Virus record (IMG/VR): IMGVR_UViG_3300027734_000099
Span: 1 to 53,198 of that record
Length of the DNA: 53,198 nt
Source: a virus
Taxonomy: Duplodnaviria > Caudoviricetes
Direction: 5' to 3' (one strand)
Positions within the stretch are counted from its first letter, which is position 1. Each line of letters opens with the position of its first letter. A program made the position numbers and the translations under genes. Shown piece after piece: positions 26,026 to 34,476 of the stretch. The notes under the pieces were generated by a model, which saw only the letters and a list, made by a program, of their open reading frames with translations, ran no database searches and had not been told where the DNA came from.

Positions 26026-27540
26026 TTAATCTATGTGATCAGAGATTATTCTAGTGGTATTCTCCTCAGAAATCCCACCGTTCGGTAACTCCTTTAGGGT
26101 GTTAGCTTTATCACCAAACAAAGCTGACAGTACACCGCCCGAAGTCTGACGTTCTACGGTCAATTTGACAAACTCTTTATTTTCTTCAAGTTCTTTCAAA
26201 CTCTTAACAATCTTAAATAGTCTATCAATCTCTTGCCCAGTGTTAGGATCCGGGTACCCGCCGTTTAGTTCTTCAGCAAATCGAGCAAATGCAACACGAG
26301 CACCTTGCATCTCAATGATGGCATTTAACAAACCCTTAAGTTGGTCTTTAGTCTTTACCTCTACTGGCAAATTGAAAGCACAAGTATTCTGTGGCTTAAA
26401 TGCAGGGCAGTTAGCAGCAACAAAACATGTATCGCATTGTCGCAAACTAGTGTGGGTAGTTTCAATGATAGGAACGTCTCTTATCAGGTCTCTGCCGTCG
26501 CTATCTCTATCCAAAACTGTCTTAGTATTTACCGAAAATACTGGCAAAGTACGCGTTTCTGATGCATCTCTTGCTACTACAGCAGGGCGTTCTACTGCAG
26601 AATCTTTCCGCACCTCAACACCTCTGTTATCAGGGTCTATACCCATAGTTTCCGCAGAACCTGGACTATCTATGTCCACACTGTTATCAGATAACTTCTC
26701 ATCATTTACCACAGTTAGGTGTGGTGGCTTCTTTTTATCCAACGATTTCTCCAGCTCTAGGTATGACCAAATGGCGAGGCGAGTTACCTCATTACTATCA
26801 TCATTAAGAATCTTATCGAAGTCTAGTCCCGCTTTTTGTATAACGTTCTTATAACGGGGACGAGCCTGGTCTTTTTGTTTCTTCTGATATCTGACTAGTC
26901 TAGTGGTATCCCAGACAATAGTTTCACCTCTCATCATTGGAGATAGCCACGATAAAGTGCTTGCGGTTTCCAACGGAACCTGGCGAAGGTTGTCAGGTTT
27001 GGCACAACCTAGCCCGTGGAACTTTGTTCCAAACTGGCTTTGTAGGGCCCTGGTGCGGCCTGAGAGCGTTGTATCGCTATCTATGGTCTCTCCGAGTAGG
27101 GCAACATTCTCCCATTGTTCAGAGAGCGAGAACAGGGCAGCATGCCCCATTTCTGGTTTCCATACTGGCCAGTATTTGTCTTGAAGCTCAAATCCTAAGG
27201 TTTTTCTCTGGTCGGATATCCACTCAGATCCGAGTACTTGGGAGTCGAACTCAATTACCCCAGCAATATGATCATAGTTATTGGCAATGAAATCCTCAAA
27301 GGATGCCGCGTAATCCTGCAGCTCACGGGTGCTTAACCCAGCTGCATCTGCGTGCCGGCCGCCGCCATCTAGATAGACTTTAACGTCGCTTGGGTATTTC
27401 TCTGATAATAGATAGTTCTTGGTTTTTGGCAACCCTCGTTTAGCTAGGCCCCAGTAGCTAACGGATATGTGCTGTACACCCGCATCAATCAACAACAGTC
27501 TGTGGGAGGGGACTTCGCCACCCATAAATACTAGGTTCAT
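26026..27540 (-). CDS. Divergent TGT/DpdA-like TIM-barrel protein fused to Cys-rich domain
   Basis: YLDGGG, WPVW, FHGLG, TASTLSW resemble LDSG/PVFH/HGLG/SVDSTSW; CDTC..C..C cluster. Confidence 0.55.
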   Translation of the reverse strand: MNLVFMGGEVPSHRLLLIDAGVQHISVSYWGLAKRGLPKTKNYLLSEKYPSDVKVYLDGGGRHADAAGLSTRELQDYAASFEDFIANNYDHIAGVIEFDSQVLGSEWISDQRKTLGFELQDKYWPVWKPEMGHAALFSLSEQWENVALLGETIDSDTTLSGRTRALQSQFGTKFHGLGCAKPDNLRQVPLETASTLSWLSPMMRGETIVWDTTRLVRYQKKQKDQARPRYKNVIQKAGLDFDKILNDDSNEVTRLAIWSYLELEKSLDKKKPPHLTVVNDEKLSDNSVDIDSPGSAETMGIDPDNRGVEVRKDSAVERPAVVARDASETRTLPVFSVNTKTVLDRDSDGRDLIRDVPIIETTHTSLRQCDTCFVAANCPAFKPQNTCAFNLPVEVKTKDQLKGLLNAIIEMQGARVAFARFAEELNGGYPDPNTGQEIDRLFKIVKSLKELEENKEFVKLTVERQTSGGVLSALFGDKANTLKELPNGGISEENTTRIISDHID

Positions 27541-28001
27541 TCAAATCTCTTAACATTGCTTCCAAGTTGAGCATCCATAAGCGCTTGACGTTGACGCTCT
27601 ACCTCATCAGCCAGGTCTTGCCACGGCCGTACATCTCGGCTTCTACGAACAAACTTAGGGGCAGCAAAGAGCATAGTTGGTACGCCTTTAGATAAAGCGT
27701 AAGCACATCGATCTGCATCTGGATCTACAAACAAGTCGACTCGACCTTGAGCTTGAGCTATAGCTAGCTGCCGGGAACGTAGGTCTTGGCCTTCAAAGAA
27801 GTATCTATTATCATAGATATCTCCATACCCAACTATGAGGTTAGTACGCAGCCAGTGCTCTGTTAGTTCAGGGCTATGATCCGAGGCAATGATGACCCGG
27901 TAATTTTCTGCAAGAATACGATAAAGCTTGACGCCCTCTGCTATTGGATCGCCTACTTCTGTTCTTAGTACTCCGTCTAATGCTACGAATGCTGTGGCCA
28001 T
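27537..28001 (-). CDS. HAD-like fold protein (first Asp absent)
   Basis: FVALDGVL motif I-like; FVDPD motif IV-like. Confidence 0.55.
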   Translation of the reverse strand: MATAFVALDGVLRTEVGDPIAEGVKLYRILAENYRVIIASDHSPELTEHWLRTNLIVGYGDIYDNRYFFEGQDLRSRQLAIAQAQGRVDLFVDPDADRCAYALSKGVPTMLFAAPKFVRRSRDVRPWQDLADEVERQRQALMDAQLGSNVKRFE

Positions 28002-28009
28002 TTAATACT

Positions 28010-28267
28010 CTAACAATCCCACTTTCTAAGTGCTAGTGCCTTACGAGTTGGCTTGCCATTTTTTTCCATTGGCCCAGGCATACCGCCCATGCGTGCACAG
28101 AAAGATTTACGACGTGCTGCTGATTTAGGAGACTTCTTTGCTTGTTTTGCAGATACTGGTGGCTTAAGGTTGTGTCCTTCTGCTTTAGCAGATGCACGAC
28201 CCTTTGCATTTAATCCACCTTCAGGGTTCTTACCCTCTTTACGTTGCCATGCTGGTGACTTAGCCAT
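28010..28267 (-). CDS. Basic phage protein (DUF6321-like)
   Basis: GKNP.GGLN.KGR...RRKSFCARM.G...KW.C. Confidence 0.75.
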   Translation of the reverse strand: MAKSPAWQRKEGKNPEGGLNAKGRASAKAEGHNLKPPVSAKQAKKSPKSAARRKSFCARMGGMPGPMEKNGKPTRKALALRKWDC

Positions 28268-29135
28268 GGATTCTCCTTATCAGTGTGTCGGTATCTGGTA
28301 ACTCTATGCCATAAGTCTGAAGTTGTTGCTGCTTATCTGCTTCTGTTTTTGTATCTTTTATTGCTCTTAATGCTTGAATAGCGCCAGAACGCTTGCCGGC
28401 TTGCCACCTATAATTATTGAAGTCTGAGTATCCACCGCCAATTTTGCTAAAAGCAATCTTTCTTCCGGCGTGGATATCATCAAAAAATGTAGCTGCTTGG
28501 TCAGTCGCTAACTTTAGTCTGCGCTCTGCGTTCAATCTATGAGCAGGGTTAGTTGCTCCCCTTACCTCTGCTAAAGCATCGGAGTACCGGCTAACAAGTT
28601 CTTTTGCCATCTCGTGGTCTCTGTTTGCTTTTTGTTCCCAAGCACGACTGTATGGTGGTTCTGGGTTCTTATCTGGCTGCACAGTCCAGATATCACCAAT
28701 TAAGTCATAGGCTGCGTATGGGTTGATATCTCTAATATCTGATTGCTCGTTAACGTAGTACGTTAATTCATAACCTTCCCAGTTACGGGTCTTTGGCATA
28801 AGTTCTTTGTTAAATCCTTCGTTTAGTAACGACGCAATTTCTTGATTTGAAAACCCTGCGTACTCAGTGTTGGTTTGTCTAAAAAGAACATAGTTAATTC
28901 CAACTAAACAATCTAAGTCTCCTGGTTCCCGTGCAGCTTCCCACTGGTAAGAAACTCCAGATCCGGCAAGCCAAGCTTTAGTCCAGGTGTGCGGCGAAAC
29001 AAAATGTTGTGCTAAATAATCAAAGAGCATTGATAGTACGCCAGTGCGAACCCACGGTTTTAGACCCTCATTATCAAACAGCTTTGGATCTAGCTGTTCT
29101 GAAGGCCTACTGAAGTAGGAGGTGGCAATGGTCAT
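28260..29135 (-). CDS. Pol-beta superfamily nucleotidyltransferase
   Basis: LAGS...GDLDCLV motif. Confidence 0.75.
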   Translation of the reverse strand: MTIATSYFSRPSEQLDPKLFDNEGLKPWVRTGVLSMLFDYLAQHFVSPHTWTKAWLAGSGVSYQWEAAREPGDLDCLVGINYVLFRQTNTEYAGFSNQEIASLLNEGFNKELMPKTRNWEGYELTYYVNEQSDIRDINPYAAYDLIGDIWTVQPDKNPEPPYSRAWEQKANRDHEMAKELVSRYSDALAEVRGATNPAHRLNAERRLKLATDQAATFFDDIHAGRKIAFSKIGGGYSDFNNYRWQAGKRSGAIQALRAIKDTKTEADKQQQLQTYGIELPDTDTLIRRIHG

Positions 29136-29163
29136 AGTCCTATTCTTTCATAACAAAACAAAA

Positions 29164-29185
29164 GGCAGGCCCCTAAAGGCCTGCC
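29164..29185 (-). terminator. Intrinsic terminator
   Basis: GGCAGGCC/GGCCTGCC followed by TTTTGTTTT on minus. Confidence 0.7.
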
Positions 29186-29201
29186 CGTTGTTAAATTATG
29201 C

Positions 29202-29525
29202 TTACTTATCTTCAGATTGCTTCTTCATTTCTAGGGCTTCTAGACGAGCAATTGTGTACTCAGCGGCTGCTTGAGCTTGAAGGTCAGCAAGAATTTCAGA
29301 TGCATAGCGGCGAACCTCTAGCAAAGTAATTTCCTGTTCAATGGGCATAGTAAACAGATCTTTGTTGCGTTCAACAAATACGTGGCCATCGACATCAATC
29401 AAAACTGCAAAGGCAGTCTTAATCTTTGGATTTTCAAATTGTGCTTCAGGACTTAGGGTTTCAAAAACCTCTTCTGTTGCTTCGTTTACTGGACGGTCTT
29501 CTGACACGGGTTTCTCCTTATTCAT
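29202..29525 (-). CDS. Hypothetical protein
   Basis: 107-aa ORF in operon. Confidence 0.7.
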   Translation of the reverse strand: MNKEKPVSEDRPVNEATEEVFETLSPEAQFENPKIKTAFAVLIDVDGHVFVERNKDLFTMPIEQEITLLEVRRYASEILADLQAQAAAEYTIARLEALEMKKQSEDK

Positions 29526-30099
29526 ACATTCCAGCGGCCTTGCGCTGCTGGGTTACTACGTGGGACTTAACAGGACAAAAATCACAAAGAAACACGTTAG
29601 TGCCTGCTGACTTAGCAGCCGACATCAAACCTGCTTCTTTACGAAGTTCAGCGGTGTTCTTTGGAACAAGCCGCTTGTTCTTTGCTCGCCAATCATGGCA
29701 GCCTTCTTTTGGTCGAAGGTGCTCACTATAGCACTTCATGGCGTCGTCATAGAACGTTGCCTTAGTAGTGTAATAGTCTGGGTCAATATCTGCAAGACCT
29801 CCACCGACCTTGTTACGTAAATTCTGAATAACTTGCTTCTTGACCTCAGGACGTGAGTAAAGCTTTACTCCGATCTTAGATAGGAATCCGTTGTGAGGAA
29901 TACCAGCAGACTCGTGTTTTTCAACAAGGATCTGCAAAGTTACGTCATCATCTGGGTGACCTTCAAAGTCAGGAAGTTCTTCAATTGTTTTACAATTGTA
30001 ACAATACAACAAACGAATTTTAGGACCATCGTCCTTAATCTCTGTGTATGTTCCTTGATCAGCGGGTTGTCCACCCTGACCTAAAATAGGCAATGACAT
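29518..30099 (-). CDS. Zn-binding hypothetical protein
   Basis: CYNC, LCDFCP; GGAGG SD. Confidence 0.75.
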   Translation of the reverse strand: MSLPILGQGGQPADQGTYTEIKDDGPKIRLLYCYNCKTIEELPDFEGHPDDDVTLQILVEKHESAGIPHNGFLSKIGVKLYSRPEVKKQVIQNLRNKVGGGLADIDPDYYTTKATFYDDAMKCYSEHLRPKEGCHDWRAKNKRLVPKNTAELRKEAGLMSAAKSAGTNVFLCDFCPVKSHVVTQQRKAAGMYE

Positions 30100-30128
30100 A
30101 TTATCCTCCAATTAGTAGTGACATCCTA

Positions 30129-31388
30129 CTACAAGTTTGGAGTTTTACCTACTTCGAAAGCAGCAGAACGTGCCTCACGGGAGGCATTTTTGCTGGCCTC
30201 AATATTACGTAAACGTTCAGCCTCAGTATTTAAAGCAATATCTGCGGTTATTTGTTTAGATCTACGAGCTTCTCGTCCAGCGGCAAAGCGCTCAATAATA
30301 CCAACTTCAGGAGCTTCTTGTTCTAGCCCTGTAAGGGTAACTTCAATCCTTCTATTATTAGTCTTAGAAAAACCTCTAGGACGAATGCCCTCTACCGGAA
30401 TACCTGCAGCTGCACGTTCTTCGTGAGACTTACGAAATTCTGGGTTAGCCGCAATCTCTGCTTCTGTGTAACCTGGCAAGTTTTCATTGCTAGTGTCCCA
30501 AGCCTCAGTAGTAACTTTTTTCTTACGTCCACCTTTAGGGTTAGGCGCACCCGCCTTATTTATTCCAAGTCTACGTGTAGATGTTGGCTTACTTTCTGAA
30601 CTTCCATCAGGGCTTTTAACGCCAGCCAAATAATAATTTTTAGTGTTGCCTTTCCTAGCGCCAGGTACTTCTGGGTCTACCTTGCGACGTAAAGAAGATA
30701 CATAGGCGTTTGATTCACCTAAAGTCATATCTGTACCGTCTACATCAATTGTAGGTTCAGCAACATAGTGGCCGCCGCTAGTACGTGCACGTTCTAGTGC
30801 ACGCTCTAAAGTAGATGCTTGTTCTTCTGGGGTACGACGTGCGTTTACCTCTTCAATATGGCTAGATCTTTCTCCGCCACCTTTACCAAGTTCTTCGCTT
30901 TTACGACCAAATAAAGCATCTTCTCCACGCATACCCTTGTTATAAAGAGCACGTTCTAAGTAAGTACGCTTTTCTCGTTCTTGAACTCCACGCCATGCGG
31001 CAAACTTGCCTACATCTTCTGGATGTATACGTCGTTTGCTAACGCCATACTCTCCACGACTAACGCTGTTCTCTATGATCTTTCCTAGATGTGCGTCGCA
31101 TACTGGAGTTTGTTGATCTTCAGATTCTCCCTGAAGTTGTACAAAATGTGTTGCTGGTCCTGAATGACCTAGCGCCATTGAATGAGTAGCTTCGCAATCT
31201 AAATGACCTTTAATTACGTGAGTTTGTAGTTCTGGACTAAAAGACTGTCGTTTAATGGGGTCCATTAAATCCGCAGTATCTGCGGTTGATTGAGTAGCGC
31301 CGTGTTCTACTTTTTTATAAGTATTTTTTTCAGACAACTGGGTTGTGGCAGGAACACTTTGGCGTTCTTCAAAACTTAACTCTGCCAT
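30129..31388 (-). CDS. Hypothetical Arg/Glu-rich protein
   Basis: 419-aa ORF. Confidence 0.75.
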   Translation of the reverse strand: MAELSFEERQSVPATTQLSEKNTYKKVEHGATQSTADTADLMDPIKRQSFSPELQTHVIKGHLDCEATHSMALGHSGPATHFVQLQGESEDQQTPVCDAHLGKIIENSVSRGEYGVSKRRIHPEDVGKFAAWRGVQEREKRTYLERALYNKGMRGEDALFGRKSEELGKGGGERSSHIEEVNARRTPEEQASTLERALERARTSGGHYVAEPTIDVDGTDMTLGESNAYVSSLRRKVDPEVPGARKGNTKNYYLAGVKSPDGSSESKPTSTRRLGINKAGAPNPKGGRKKKVTTEAWDTSNENLPGYTEAEIAANPEFRKSHEERAAAGIPVEGIRPRGFSKTNNRRIEVTLTGLEQEAPEVGIIERFAAGREARRSKQITADIALNTEAERLRNIEASKNASREARSAAFEVGKTPNL

Positions 31389-31645
31389 TATTCACCCTTT
31401 AGTTCTTTAAAACGTCTATTCTCTCTAGCAACATTAATAGATACAACGTTGGATGGCCCACTTAAATTAAACTGTTTTAAATGTTCTGCACGATCTCCGT
31501 TACGTTGTGAACGGATAGCGGGGTGCATTTCAGCGTAAGCTTTCCCTGGAATAGGGACCCAATGAGAGTTGGGTTCAGTAAGGCCAACAGTATCGGAAAT
31601 TTTCCGTACGTTGTCCTTTACTTTTTCCCACTTATCATTAGCCAT
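31388..31645 (-). CDS. Hypothetical protein
   Basis: 85 aa, TAATG coupling. Confidence 0.65.
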   Translation of the reverse strand: MANDKWEKVKDNVRKISDTVGLTEPNSHWVPIPGKAYAEMHPAIRSQRNGDRAEHLKQFNLSGPSNVVSINVARENRRFKELKGE

Positions 31646-31647
31646 TT

Positions 31648-31932
31648 TTAATAATTAGCGCCCATTTGGTTGTTAGTAATATCTGCAACCGGCATAGGAG
31701 CACGACGAGCTGAAGAAGACTTTCCTGATAAAGGGTTTACCTTTGTAGTAGCTTCTTGCTCAATAAAGTCATAGTTCCAATAAGGGTTAAGACCACTGCG
31801 GTTTGCTCGCATGATGTCATCGCCAGTTGAAGGATCAGCTACTGTTGTATTAGGACGCACCTTACGGTACTTACCATCAGTTGCTCCATCATTCATAGAT
31901 GTGTTAAGAGAGCGTGATTTGTTAGTTGCCAT
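31648..31932 (-). CDS. Hypothetical protein
   Basis: 94 aa. Confidence 0.65.
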   Translation of the reverse strand: MATNKSRSLNTSMNDGATDGKYRKVRPNTTVADPSTGDDIMRANRSGLNPYWNYDFIEQEATTKVNPLSGKSSSARRAPMPVADITNNQMGANY

Positions 31933-32093
31933 TACTTTTTATCCTTTTCCTGGTCATAGAGTGGGTGAACTTCTTTTACGCTTGAACCAGCAGCGTATTT
32001 TGAAGATGGGTTGATAGCTCCACCCATAGCCTCACGAGCACGTGATGCGGCTGCAACACGCTTTACAATGTTTTCTCTACGAGGTACTTTCAT
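31932..32093 (-). CDS. 53-aa basic protein (not in ORF track)
   Basis: MKVPRRENIVKRVAAA...; AAGGA SD. Confidence 0.6.
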   Translation of the reverse strand: MKVPRRENIVKRVAAASRAREAMGGAINPSSKYAAGSSVKEVHPLYDQEKDKK

Positions 32094-32095
32094 TG

Positions 32096-32275
32096 TTAGT
32101 CCTTACCTGTAGTAACTTCGTACTTGCCGTCTTGTTCGATAATGCCTTTAGCGTGAGCAGCAGAAGATGCTCCCATAGGTGTTACAGAACCAGACCAACT
32201 TCCGTCTTTAGCTCGAACACTGTGGGTAAATGTTCCACGCTCTTTAGCGTTTTCTCTACGAGGTACAGAACTCAT
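32096..32275 (-). pseudogene. Frameshifted small gene sharing VPRREN N-terminus with neighbour
   Basis: Removing one G at about 32172 joins MSSVPRREN...TTYG to ASSAAHAKGIIEQDGKYEVTTGKD. Confidence 0.5.
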
Positions 32276-32397
32276 TTTTTGCCCGCTTTCTTTTTTTTCT
32301 TGGCTTCTTTCTCTTTTTCAACATCTGCTTTAGTCTTTACCTTAAGCGGTACGACCTTGTACTTAGCAGGTTTGCCGTCTGGAGTCTTAATAACCAT
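32272..32397 (-). CDS. 41-aa Lys-rich peptide (not in ORF track)
   Basis: MVIKTPDGKPAKYK...KKKKKAGKK; GAGGG SD. Confidence 0.55.
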   Translation of the reverse strand: MVIKTPDGKPAKYKVVPLKVKTKADVEKEKEAKKKKKAGKK

Positions 32398-32428
32398 TTT
32401 CTCAGTATCCCTCTTTTTTAATTAATTG

Positions 32429-32710
32429 TCAGCCTGTTTGTTGTTTGCGTATTCTAGGACGAATAACCTTTTTAGTTCTAGAAACGTATTTTGGAGTATT
32501 ACGGCGCCGAGCAACAGCTTGCTCAGAGCCAGGGTTAAGTTTATTAGACTGGCCTGAAGTCCAGCTGCCTGAAGACTTTCTTTCCCAGCTTTCTACTGAG
32601 CTAAAAGTCTTTGTTTTACCTGAAGGTTTTGAAACTCTAGGCTTGGGTGCGCCTGAAGCAGTCTTAGGCTTGCTACGACGAGGGGGTTTGCCACCTGATT
32701 TAGCGCTCAC
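32429..32710 (-). CDS. Highly basic protein
   Basis: 93 aa Lys/Arg/Ser-rich. Confidence 0.6.
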   Translation of the reverse strand: MSAKSGGKPPRRSKPKTASGAPKPRVSKPSGKTKTFSSVESWERKSSGSWTSGQSNKLNPGSEQAVARRRNTPKYVSRTKKVIRPRIRKQQTG

Positions 32711-32873
32711 TCATGGCTCGTTTCATATGCTTACCGTAAAGTCCATTGCGGCAAGTTGGGCACATCTTCCCATCTGTGTACATTGCTTCAACTGGGGTCA
32801 TAAATAGGCCGCACTTAGGACACTCAACGCTACCATCATAGATAGTTTCGTTGCTGTAAATTTCTTTTACCAT
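32700..32873 (-). CDS. 57-aa Zn-ribbon protein (not in ORF track)
   Basis: CPKC...CPTC. Confidence 0.65.
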   Translation of the reverse strand: MVKEIYSNETIYDGSVECPKCGLFMTPVEAMYTDGKMCPTCRNGLYGKHMKRAMSER

Positions 32874-33217
32874 ACCGACTCCGATACGTTTCGGCTAGTT
32901 CCTTGGTATGAAGTAGGGGATTGTGAGTAATCAGTTCTTGTTGGCTGGAACTGTGTGTCCACGTCCATTACGTCCATAATTCCAATAGCCCGTGTACGGT
33001 AACCGTAACGAGGTGGGAATAGCTGTATCTGTGGAAGAGGTGGACGAACAATGTCTTGAACCATTTCTTTAGGAAGGGTTACTGAGCGCACAGCTCGTGT
33101 GAGCAAAGCTTCCTGCGTATCTTTAAATGGTCCCATGTAATCATAGCGAATGCCGGGATCTTCAGAAGTTATAGGGCGACCCTTACTATGATCATAAACT
33201 GAATCTTGGGTCAGCAC
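32867..33217 (-). CDS. Hypothetical protein
   Basis: 116 aa in packed operon. Confidence 0.7.
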   Translation of the reverse strand: MLTQDSVYDHSKGRPITSEDPGIRYDYMGPFKDTQEALLTRAVRSVTLPKEMVQDIVRPPLPQIQLFPPRYGYRTRAIGIMDVMDVDTQFQPTRTDYSQSPTSYQGTSRNVSESVW

Positions 33218-33360
33218 TATTTACACCCGCACTTATTCTTACGCATTTTCCACCACATCCATGCGTGATGAATAGCCATAAGGCCCATAATAATCCACAT
33301 TAACTGCATTTCAGTTATTCCACCACCAGTGGTTAAAAGCATTTGCTCGTGGTCATGCAT
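33217..33360 (-). CDS. 47-aa membrane peptide (not in ORF track)
   Basis: EMQLMWIIMGLMAIHHAWMWW; coupled to both neighbours. Confidence 0.6.
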   Translation of the reverse strand: MHDHEQMLLTTGGGITEMQLMWIIMGLMAIHHAWMWWKMRKNKCGCK

Positions 33361-33902
33361 TATTGGTACCTAGGTTTCAAGTGTTGGAAGTGGGCTGCAG
33401 TTCTTGGGTTAAACTCTGCTGGAACTGTAGATGAAGTATTAGCTTTACCATCATTAACTAGATGAGGTGCGGGCGCAAGATTTTGACGTGGCGCATTTCT
33501 ACGAACATACATAAGCATGCTACCGTCACTATCATCAATCTTTGCCGCAACCTTTAATCTACGATCTGGTTTTAAACCATCTGGCCAAGCATACTCACCC
33601 GGATCAATTCGTTCGCCCTTATGAACTCCGCGTTGATAACCGCGTTGGTTCTGGCGAGACTTAAGTGAATCGAGGACTGTATCTGAAGTTGCGTAAGGCT
33701 TGCCTTTATCGTCACGACGAGAACGAATTGTTCCTAGGTATCCATCTGGATACTCAGCCTCCGGTGTCCTTCCCACACCCATACGTAAAAAGTCCATGGA
33801 GCTTCGTGGTACAACAGGCGTGCCTCCACCACCAGTGGTGGTGTAAGCGCCAATATAACCGCTGGCTCCAAGGTACTGCCAGTTTTGATGTGAGGAAGGC
33901 AT
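33360..33902 (-). CDS. Hypothetical phage protein
   Basis: 180 aa; P.AEYPDGYLGTI..RR.D, YQRGVHKGERID. Confidence 0.75.
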   Translation of the reverse strand: MPSSHQNWQYLGASGYIGAYTTTGGGGTPVVPRSSMDFLRMGVGRTPEAEYPDGYLGTIRSRRDDKGKPYATSDTVLDSLKSRQNQRGYQRGVHKGERIDPGEYAWPDGLKPDRRLKVAAKIDDSDGSMLMYVRRNAPRQNLAPAPHLVNDGKANTSSTVPAEFNPRTAAHFQHLKPRYQ

Positions 33903-33911
33903 ACCTAAAGT

Positions 33912-34199
33912 TTACTTCTTTTTAGGGGCTGCGGCTTTCTTAGTTGCCTTCTTCTTTGAGTCATCCAAGATGGCATTAAGTTGCTTTGTAATCTCTGGAA
34001 GAGCAATTTTGGTGATTAAACCAAATGCTGGGTCCTTTGGGTTAAGCGCACGAAGCGCTACTGGGATTACGGCTACTAATCCGGCTGCAATAAGACCCTT
34101 TGGATCAGTATTGCCTGTTACCCATAGAGCTGCTGCTGCAGAAATAAATGCACGGCCGTAAGAGGCAAGTGCTGCTGATAGTTTTGGATCTAGTTTCAT
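33912..34199 (-). CDS. Holin-like membrane protein
   Basis: 2 TM helices, SYGRAF...RALNPKD..FG, basic tail. Confidence 0.7.
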   Translation of the reverse strand: MKLDPKLSAALASYGRAFISAAAALWVTGNTDPKGLIAAGLVAVIPVALRALNPKDPAFGLITKIALPEITKQLNAILDDSKKKATKKAAAPKKK

Positions 34200-34201
34200 A
34201 G

Positions 34202-34408
34202 TTACTCCTTGTTGTTTCGTTCTGCGATCATAATGTATAGATCGTCAATTCTTGATTCTAGCCTATTAACGGCGTCTTTTAAACTGCTACCAGAATTTGG
34301 CTTAAGTTCGGATAGGTAATGTTTAACCATCCACCGAATCATTATTGCAAATGCGCCGATTAAAGAAGTTATTGAGAGCGCAAACGCTGCCCAGTCTTGA
34401 GGTGTCAT
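34202..34408 (-). CDS. Membrane protein (lysis-associated type)
   Basis: TM helix followed by ELKPNSGSSLKDAVNRLE. Confidence 0.7.
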   Translation of the reverse strand: MTPQDWAAFALSITSLIGAFAIMIRWMVKHYLSELKPNSGSSLKDAVNRLESRIDDLYIMIAERNNKE

Positions 34409-34476
34409 TAAGTCTCCAAGAGATCAAGTTGTATGCGCAACTATGATACATAAAATACACCGCGTCATGTTAAAGT

